Both the position numbers and the translations under genes were made by a program. Under the pieces are notes generated by a model that ran no database searches, was not told the DNA's origin, and worked only from the letters and a program-made list of their open reading frames with translations. Below are positions 55,217 to 64,000 of a stretch of DNA of 64,000 bases, one piece after another. Source of the stretch: Nageia nagi (Eukaryota > Plantae > Pinophyta); contig JBITNC010000001.1 of assembly GCA_050084985.1 (NCBI GenBank), forward strand, positions 105,772,001-105,836,000, given 5' to 3'. How positions within the stretch are numbered: the first letter of the stretch is position 1; every line of letters starts with the position of its first letter.

Positions 55217-56199
55217 AGCCCATCAGGCTCTCATTAATTAAGGGGGATTCTAAGTTATTTTTTAGGGGGAAATCTAAATATTCTTTTAAAAAGGGGAGTT
55301 TAATTAAGATTTTTTTTAAAACTCTATGGGAGTTAATTTTAAAGGAAATTTTTTTATAATGGTAGGGTTAATCCTTTTTGAAGGGGTGATTTTTCTCTAG
55401 AAAAGGAGTATTTTTTTTACTCAAATGAATTAAAGGGGGAATTTAAGCATGATGCGATATTTTTCCTCAAAAATTAAGGGGAGAAACTTTTTAAACAAGG
55501 TATTAATTTTTTGAGAAAGTATTATTATAAAGAGGGAATTCTAAGTCTTTTTAAGCAATAATTTTTTTATCTCTCTCAAAAATTAAAAAGGGGGAATCTT
55601 TCTAAGTGTATTTTTTTAAGCATGGAATATTTTTTACCTTAACTCAAAAATTAAAGGAGGGATATATTTTTTTCTTTTCTAACATGAATATTTTAGTAAA
55701 AAAAGGAGGGGGATACCTTGATTCAATTTTTATAAAAATAGTGGACTTTGTAATTTTTCTCTCTCTCATCCTTATAAAAACGTCCTCTTGGGGTTATGAA
55801 CAATACCCATTAGACTTTGAGGTTTCAAGTAAATGGATGTTGTAATCTTTTTTGCATTTTTTATGCACCATTTTTCATGTCTTGTAAATCATAAAAATTG
55901 AAAAACACCCCCTCAAATGAACACATCCACATATTTTTATTCCACAACATGACTTGTTTGGGTAACCATTAGGAAAGGACAAGGCAGATTGAAGTCGTTA
56001 GTTCATCAATCGAAATGGTGAAAAGTTCGTACTTCTTAATTTCTCCCAAGTCCTTTATTAATCTTAACATAACTTCATATAGGTGGACAAACATATGTGT
56101 AGTGATACCACATGTATACATGTCCATTGATTTGAAATAGGATTATCGAATTATTAAAAAAGGTAAAAATACCACTTTTAAAAGTTAATTTTATCATAC

Positions 56200-59100
56200 C
56201 CATATTGTAGATCTCATCTCCATCTCTCCAATGATTTAAACGATGAGCAAAATAAACCCTCTTTGCAAAAGTTATGCTAGTTTGAAATTTTTTGTAAAAT
56301 TAAAATAATCCAAGTATACCTCACATGTCACATCAACAACTAAGTTAGCATCCAAATCAACGATGCATATATTTTGAGGTGCATAATCAGTAAGACAACT
56401 CAACATCCATGGTAGATGAGTATTGATAATATCAGAGAATGTGTCTAGATGCTAGTGAGACCTGTGCATATATCAAAATGGGTCAACATCCCACTACATG
56501 GTGGTATTTTCTTGTATTTGCCCCTCCTCTCTCTATTTTGACTAGTTAGTTTGAATTATTTAGGCAACTTTGATTATCCACAATGTTGGTCTCTCTTTTT
56601 AATTAGCAGCCCCCTTTATTTAAAAAGTGATCGCTCCTTTTTCAAAAGAGTCCTCTCATTAATCGACTTCCTCCATTTAATTGAGGTATCCTTTTCCCTT
56701 TTGAAATATATGTAGTCCCTCTTTTTGACTTATTAAATAGTCATTTACCCTCCTTATAACACTTGGTCATTCCTCCTTTTAGCTACCCTCTTTTAATGCG
56801 GTCCCCTTTATTCATTAGCCACTTAAAACCTTCAACTTATTATTTGACTCTTTTATTAGCCATTTTAATTGGTTGTCTATTCTTTTAGGAGTTTGGAGGA
56901 GTAGATATTTCAAAAAATGAAGGTACTTTATTTCAAATATCTTTAGACTTTTCCATTCCCAACAAGCATGAAACTTGGTATGATATCCACCCATTACATA
57001 TTTGAAGGTATAGTTGGGATATTAATAGTTTTGGAGATAAATATTTAAAATAAAGGTATTGTATTAAAAATGTGGGTAGGTATATTGACCTTGCATAATG
57101 GTGGAGCTAGCAAAAAGACTCCCATTTATTGTAAATGTTCTTTTAGAATCCTATAAAAAGGAGGTATTAAAGCTCATTTGGGACATGGGAAAATTTGCAA
57201 ATGCATGAGAGATAGAATAAAGATCTTAGAGAGGTTTTTTCTAGTTTTTGTGAGTGATCATTATTGTGAGAGAGAGTTTGTAAAGGCTAACTTCCTCATT
57301 TGTATACATATCTTCATCAAATTTTTAAGGAATAAGGATATTTTTGGCGATATTTCTTACTCAATTTATCTTTAAGTTATCTATTATTATGCAATCTATT
57401 GTAATTTATAAAGCTTAAAGTTATTTTGATCATTCTCTTCAAGCACTTGGATTCCAAGTATGAAGGATATATATTTGTTTTAACACCTATTCCCATCTAA
57501 GTATTTACAGATCATCCATTTAGGGATTATCTTGATAACCTAGTACAGACACTCAAAAATGATTGTTCTTTCAAAAGATGAAAGAAGGATGAAAAAATTA
57601 AAGTAAATTAAAAGTTTTACTATAGTATTCCAAACACTAGCATCTAACACCTAAACATCGATAATTCATCCCAAATGTTAGAGTCTAATACTTGGATGCC
57701 AATGATTCTAAAGTGGACAAAAGCAAAATAAAAATGGCAATATCTAAAGTGTCTTGGGAAGGAAGAAAAGGATAATAGATGACTCATCATCCATCTCATG
57801 CTTTCCCACTTTGGATCATAGCCATGACAAAGTTGGATAGACTTTTCTATCCATATTTTCTTCTAAAAATTGAAAACTTTGCTTATTTTTGAGATTTATA
57901 AATAAAGCCTTCAACCATGAAGCAAAGGTATCTAGTTTGAATGCAAAGTTACCCTATCGAAACACATCCAGGTTTTACTAAGTTAGATGCATTATTGTTA
58001 TATATTTTATATACTTGTTTATGTTCACTTTATGTTGATTTTATGATATGAAAAGGTATGTTCGATGTATTTCATGTTCTCATGTGTGCAAGGTCCACAT
58101 GTGTAGAGCAACCAAACTAATCATAGGAAGTCTTAAAGAGTTGAAGAGAACCAAGAGATCTCGATTCTTCTTATAAGTTTCAGAAGATAATCCTTGAAGC
58201 TTGTAGACATAGAAATTAGGCGTATGAAGACCTAAATATTCTTTTGTAAAAAAGCCCTTTTTGCAAGGCAATAGATCAAAATAGATTCATCATTTGACTT
58301 CTACTTAAGAGCAATAAACAAAAATATTGGTTGTAACATATCTCATCTTGTTTGCTAACAAGGTTACTTTTTGAGTATGAGATTTTGGCACTAGAAGGAG
58401 GTACCCTCATATGAAAACAACATCAGTGATAAGATAAGGGTTTTTTCATGTATATTTTATGCACATTTTGTTGGTTTATATCATGTGGTAGCAAAACTAG
58501 TTTCATTTTTATTTTTTGTATTTTTATAGGATTGACTTGAAGAAATGCTGGTGATTGAACTTCACATGCTAGTGATTGGATTAAAATGCCAACAATTTTG
58601 TCAAAACACCAATGATATTAGAAAAAAGTTGATTTTTTTTTTTTTATCAATTTGGAAAGCACAACTTAGGAATTAAGATTGAGGATCAAAGATGAACACC
58701 TTGTTTGTGATCCCTATGCTCAGAATGGCTGTAGGGGAGGGTATTGAATATCACTAATAATATGCATTATTTTTTTCATTTATTTGGATAAGTTTCTAAA
58801 GTTTATTTACTTCTTCTCTTTTTGGGAATGGATCACATAAACAAACAAACTCATTCACTTAATATTTTACTATATTTTCCACCTATGCTCTCCCATTGCG
58901 CTAAAAAGTGATCTGAGGTGACCAAAATGGATGTGATAGAAAGAGGGTAAATGAACCTTCTATTTTTTCACTTTATCATAATAAATTGTAAATGAATTTA
59001 CATCAAGTTACTTCCATATTTGGAAGGAGTAATTAATCATCATTAAATCTAGAATGAAGATAAGGTGAATTTACCAAGTCTAAGGTAGATTAGGGTACAC

Positions 59101-59602
59101 TAAATTGGTTAATGAATTTGGTGGTTATTCTCTACATATTAATACTCTTACTTGTATACCTTACCACATCGAGATGTGGTCAAAGGATTGTGACTTATAA
59201 CAAGGGGAAATAAACCTACATTAAAGGAAATGTACTCACATTAATGACTTCTTACTTGTCTACATTACCATATTGAGAGATGGTCAAAGGATTATGACTC
59301 ATAAGAAGAGGTAATAAACCATATTTTTAATATTTACTTTGATGAATGAACCTCATTAAAAGGTAATAAATCTCATGGGTATCTAGATTAACTTGCACAT
59401 TATTTAAAATATTATTTGAATCATATTAAAAAGTTTTAATTAATAAACATGTGTGATTGGGAGGTGTTTACAAATAAAAATTGAGAATGCAAATAAGTAA
59501 ATAGGGGGTTATCTACAAACTCAATATTATCTGTATTCTAGCTACGGATAGCAATTTATTCTAGATAACAATGAACAACATATAACTATTCAGAGGTGTA
59601 AA
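56200..59602 (+). mobile_element. Old gypsy LTR plus PBS and 5' leader, interrupted by the young element
   Basis: TATA-like cctataaaaagg (~57150); PBS tggcactagaaggagg (58386-58401), resembling tRNA-Arg-type PBS of Tat-like elements. Left boundary uncertain. Confidence 0.5.
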
Positions 59603-60320
59603 TGTAACCAACCAAGACCGTGATTTGTGTACTTACCTCACGGAACGTACCTGACAACGGAAGACGTAGATATTAGCGATGTACTGATGATAAGCTACCT
59701 TTCCAACAGCGTCGCAACCTGCAATGATGCCAAAAGAGGACCGCGGGCGGTCCGTTTCAGTAATATAAGAGCGCCGGTGGTGTTCTTCCGTTCACAAAGG
59801 AGCGCCGGCGGCCTTATCTTGATAGCTTTGACCTCTCAGTTAGGTCCAGTTCTTCAGTATAGATATCTCAGATAGCAGTATAATATCAGAATTGATCGCA
59901 GATGTCAGGATAGCTCGTGCAAGGAAGCACACAAACCACAGCCTTGTAGGCGGTACCAGAGAATACCTTAAGGGGTAGCCACTTACAAGACCATACGCGG
60001 GATCATGTGTATCCTTGTTGTTGTGGACTTACTATTAGATCCCTTATTTATATAGATATAGGTAATACCGCCCATAGGTCGGCGTGCATCCACATAAATA
60101 AGGTTAATTCACAAGATTTAAGATAAATACATCAATAAACAAGATGATTCACACAATACTCAAGATATACCATGCAATATTCAAGATAACCCATGCAATA
60201 TTCCCATTCAAGCCAAACATTGATATTATCACTTTTATCCATTCAAGACATATAGTTAAGCCAAGCATATTTCATTAATTTATTGATTTAAAAACATAAA
60301 ATCATTTTTATGTGTTAACA
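59603..60320 (-). repeat. 3' LTR (~718 bp) of the young element
   Basis: TG...CA ends, adjacent PPT at 60321-60333, minus-strand TATA-like ctatatataa (~60047-60056). Partner LTR not in window. Confidence 0.75.
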
Positions 60321-60689
60321 GATGCCCCACTTTGGATGTGAAATCGAAGAAATCATGAGATGACTTGAGATTTTATATTCAAAGTAAAAACACAACATCA
60401 TAGCAAGCAATTTTGATAAGCAATGATAAACACTAATCATTCCAAACTTAAGCAACATCATGATAAAGCTATATATAGGTTGAGAAAACTCCCTTTTTAC
60501 ATTACCTTGGGCATGCTTGCCCCTTGCATTTTGCTGTAGAAGGTGATAGTCTGATAAGCTGATAATCTTTGCTGCAATGTTGATGACCCAAGACAACAAA
60601 CTTGACAACACATATGACAATGACCGGACAGACGACTTGACCACACATGCCGGCTGGACGACAACTTGACAAGACCACATCACAAGACA

Positions 60690-60900
60690 AAACATGAACA
60701 ACTCACAAGACCAAGACATGATAACACACATGATCAACTCACAAGACAAGACATGATAACACACATGATCAACTCACAAGACAAGACATGATAACACACA
60801 TGATCAACTCACAAGACAAGACATGATAACACACATGATCAACTCACAAGACAAGACATGATAACACACATGATCAACTCACAAGTCCAAACATGATAAC
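60690..60900. repeat. 35-bp tandem array (~5-6 copies)
   Basis: Unit acaagacatgataacacacatgatcaactcacaag (60746, 60781, 60816, 60851). Confidence 0.95.
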
Positions 60901-60914
60901 CATAACCAAACACA

Positions 60915-61295
60915 GGGGAGAGCTAAGTATCCACACAACTGAGCCCTCTCATCAAGAGGTGTACTCCAGTTGCCGAAGAACCGAACTCCGCAAAACAAGT
61001 GATAAGCTGATAATGGGAGAGCTAAGTATCCACACAACTGAGCCCTCACATCAAGAGGTGTACTCCAGTTGCCGAAGAACCGAACTCCGCAAAACAATGA
61101 TAAGCAGATATGTGAGAGCTAAATTCCACACAACTGAGCCCTCGCATCAAGAGGTGTACTGCAGTTGCCGAAGAACCGAACTCCGCAAAACAATGATAAG
61201 CTAAAGGGGGAGAGCCAAGTTCCACACAACTGAGCCTTCACACTGGCTGCAGTCACATAGGAACCGAACTCCGCAAAACAATTGATAAGTTGATG
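60915..61295. repeat. ~96-99-bp tandem array (4 copies)
   Basis: Unit gggagagctaagtatccacacaactgagccctc.catcaagaggtgtactccagttgccgaagaaccgaactccgcaaaacaa.tgataagctgataat. Confidence 0.95.
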
Positions 61296-62095
61296 GAGCT
61301 GACACTCCACTAAGAAGCATGATAAGCTGACTATGGGAGCTGAACTCCTCTCACAAGCATGATAATCTGATCATGGGAGCTAGACTCCTCTCAAAAGCAC
61401 GGTAATCTGATCATGGGAGCTGGACTCCACTCATAAGCACATGATAAGCTGACTATGGGAGCTGGACTCCTCTCACAAGCATGATAATCTAATCATGGGA
61501 GCTAGACTCCTCTCACAAGCATGATAATCTGATCATGGGAGCTGGACTCCTCTCACGAGCATGATAACCTGATCATGGGAGCTGGACTCCTCTCATAAGC
61601 ATGATAATCTGATCATGGGAGCTAGACTCCTCTCACAAGCATGATAATCTGATCATGGGAGCTGGACTCCTCTCACAAGCATGATAATCTGATCATGGGA
61701 GCTGGACTCCTCTCACAAGCATGATAATCTGATCATGGGAGCTGGACTCCTCTCACGAGCATGATAACCTGATCATGGGAGCTGGACTCCTCTCATAAGC
61801 ATGATAATCTGATCATGGGAGCTGGACTCCTCTCACAAGCATGATAATCTGATCATGGGAGCTGGACTCCTCTCACAAGCATGATAATCTGATCATGGGA
61901 GCTGGACTCCTCTCACAAGCATGATAATCTGATCATGGGAGCTGGACTCCTCTCACAAGCATGATAATCTGATCATGGGAGCTGGACTCCTCTCACAAGC
62001 ATGATAATCTGATCATGGGAGCTGGACTCCTCTCACAAGCATGATAATCTGATCATGGGAGCTGGACTCCTCTCATAAGCATGATAGTCTGATCA
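61296..62095. repeat. 40-bp tandem array (~20 copies)
   Basis: Unit gctggactcctctcacaagcatgataatctgatcatggga; exact 40-bp period from 61461 to 62061. Confidence 0.98.
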
Positions 62096-62404
62096 CTCGG
62101 GTCTGTAAGCACGAAACTTAAAGCAATATTCTCCTGGATATATCATTCGTCAAACATCTATGATGCACTCATGATACTCAATAAGCTGATTTTCCAGATA
62201 AAGGAACGTGAACGATCCTTTCTTACTGACTTAGAACGCCGGCGGTCTTCAACTAAGACCGCGGGCGGTCCTTTTCTTGATGATTTTTCAAAAACCATAA
62301 AATCACGTCCCTACGAATCACCCCTGGATTCCAGATTGACGTCTAATTGCTGATCTACGTGCCCCAAACGCTCAAGTCGAAATTTACCTTGAAGTGTGTG
62401 CCCT

Positions 62405-62460
62405 AACCTTTTTATAAAAGGGGCCCCACCCCTCCTCATTTGTTCACCCTGTCATTTTCA
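62405..62460 (+). promoter_or_regulatory. TATA-box promoter of the antisense PMD gene
   Basis: tataaaag at 62413-62420 followed by a pyrimidine-rich initiator-like region, ~150 bp before the ATG at 62567. Confidence 0.6.
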
Positions 62461-62566
62461 TAGCTGAGAGCACTCTAGAGGTTGAGAGACTGATTCGGAG
62501 AGTTTTAGCCGGTGCTTTTTGTCACTCTCGCTAGATAATTCTTCCTGTATTGCTGTGTTGCACGCT

Positions 62567-64000
62567 ATGGCCCTACCAATCACACGCCGAGAGGGACACC
62601 GAGCTGCCTTGGTAGCTGATTCTCCTGCCGGTCATCAGGTACACCACCTCTTCTACCCCTTTTTTTTTTTTATGCTATGTTTTTGTTTCTCTTCAAGTTT
62701 TAACTGACTGTACACTGGTTTTCCCAATTTTGCCCCTAGGGTTTTACTGTTACATACCCTAGCTCTACATTTTTCTCTTTTTAGTCTGCTTTTCGAACTT
62801 CCGGTGCCATGGCTGCCTTATTCTCACCCGTACAAACCTGCACCCCGAATTTTTATTCCCCTTTTTCGTGGAAACAGGACCGCTGGCGGTCCTTTCTGCC
62901 CTAACTTGGACCGTGGGCGGTCCTTATCCTCTGACATAGACCGTGGGCGATCCTCTTTTTCATGTAGTATTTCTTTGCTATTTGTGTTTCACGTCTTAAT
63001 ACTGACTTGTCTTTCATTTTTCTTGCAGAACCGTGCATACCTTATGCGTCCCTCCGGCAAGAGTGCTGCCTTCACCACTGCCCAACAGTGGCCCCAAACT
63101 GACGCAGCCCGAAGTATTCTAGAGGATATTTCATTCAGCCACCTTGCATTTGCTGAATATGTGTTTCATGACCGCAACATGCTTACAGCTTTGATGGAGA
63201 GATGGGATCCGAATTCCAACACCTTTCATCTTCCCACTGGTGAGATTACAGTAACTTTAGAGGATATCTACAGGATCACTAGGCTTCCTATCAGGGGGAA
63301 ACTAGTGAGCATGATTCCTGTTCCGAGCTTGGAACAGGCAGAGGTGTGGGCTACATGGCTGACAGGATCAGACGAGGTGAATCACAGGAAGAGGGGTGTG
63401 TCACTAGTGAGACATGTGCCAGAGGATCCTCCAGCACGGGGTGACCTGCGGATGAGGCTCCTCATTGCCTGCCTTCTAGATGCTATTGTCTATCCAGACA
63501 AGAGCAGTGAGACTTTCCCAGTGGGTATGATTCCCATTATTCAGGACATGGTTATTCACAGACAACGATATGCATGGTGCCCCGCAATACTGGCACAACT
63601 TTATCATGATCTCCACGGCTTCGCAGAGGTGGAGAGGAAGGGGAGACAGGTGGCTCACTCTATGATCCTACAGGTGTGGGCCTATGAGCACATCACTATT
63701 TCTAGACCGACTATACTGCCCCTAGACCAGCCGGATGATGCCCCTACCTGGCAAAGGTGGGCGACGACCGAGGTACCAGACTTCCCTAACACAGACCTAG
63801 AGGGATGGCGTGTGCGACTTGACTTACTACAGGAGGTGCAGATCTACTGGCGTCCTTATCGGGGAGGTGTACCAGAGTGGGAGGAAGACATAGAGGAGAT
63901 GACATGGGTGAGACACCCTACCTATCTACAGGCACGGAGGGCACTAGTGGAGCCATACAGGCCAGAGCGGGTACTCCGCCAATTCGGCCTCCAGCAGGGT
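62567..64000 (+). CDS. Plant mobile domain (PMD, aminotransferase-like; MAIN/MAIL family) protein, open frame, 3'-partial
   Basis: Exon 1 62567-62638 (MALPITRREGHRAALVADSPAGHQ), phase-0 GT..AG intron 62639-63028 (branch-like ctgac at 63002, poly-Y tract), exon 2 63029->64000 without a stop: 'LTALMERWDPNSNTFHLPTGEITVTLEDIYRITRLPIRG', 'YAWCPAILAQLYHDL', 'LQVWAYEHI', 'EPYRPERVLRQFGLQQG'. Not in the ORF track because it runs off the window end. Confidence 0.92.

Larger units (their letters stand above)
59603..64000 (-). mobile_element. Young Ty3/gypsy (Tat/Ogre/Retand-like) LTR retrotransposon, 3' part (continues beyond the window)
   Basis: Abrupt switch to CpG-rich DNA at tgtaacc (59603); LTR ends tgtgttaaca (60320) next to PPT (minus strand aaagtggggcatc); tandem arrays and open antisense PMD gene follow. 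gag-pol is not in the window. Confidence 0.82.

Noticed and set aside
55225-55770. Degenerate ctcaaaaattaaagggg-type repeats as G-quadruplex or satellite
   Set aside because: Irregular period and widely spaced G-runs; likely decayed TE low-complexity sequence.
60315-61310. ORFs 60315..60764, 60879..61097, 60893..61204 and 61119..61310 as proteins
   Set aside because: They are by-products of tandem-repeat periodicity, with no recognisable domain.
60690-62095. CRISPR-like repeat/spacer array
   Set aside because: Units are head-to-tail with no unique spacers, the context is eukaryotic, and there are no cas genes.
60915-62095. Hammerhead ribozyme (retrozyme) in the hairpin-rich repeats
   Set aside because: No CUGANGA plus GAAA core found by eye on either strand (only ctgatca, ctgataa, ctgagcc).

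Overview
AT-rich plant nuclear DNA, probably from a large gymnosperm-like genome (inferred from TE types and strong CpG depletion). The window is mostly a nested set of decayed retroelements: two or three Ty1/copia remnants, two tandem minus-strand L1-type LINEs, a two-LTR element at 3.7-8.9 kb, and a pol-less Ty3/gypsy (Tat/Ogre-like) element at 32.1-41.7 kb inserted into a copia RT. Host genes are few: a 3-exon HMA/HIPP-type gene with a probable premature stop (25.9-26.2 kb), an intact tRNA-Phe(GAA) and PPR pseudogene fragments, the last two enclosed by a ~510-bp inverted repeat. The most notable structure is the young CpG-rich element from 59.6 kb to the window end. It comprises a minus-strand 3' LTR and PPT, three related tandem arrays (35, ~99 and 40 bp), dispersed 16-bp palindromes, and an open, intron-containing plant mobile domain (PMD) gene with its own promoter, antisense to the element. 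The older gypsy element has a decayed version of the same layout. One LINE appears to carry an extra ORF downstream of ORF2. All calls are by eye; boundaries of decayed elements are approximate.
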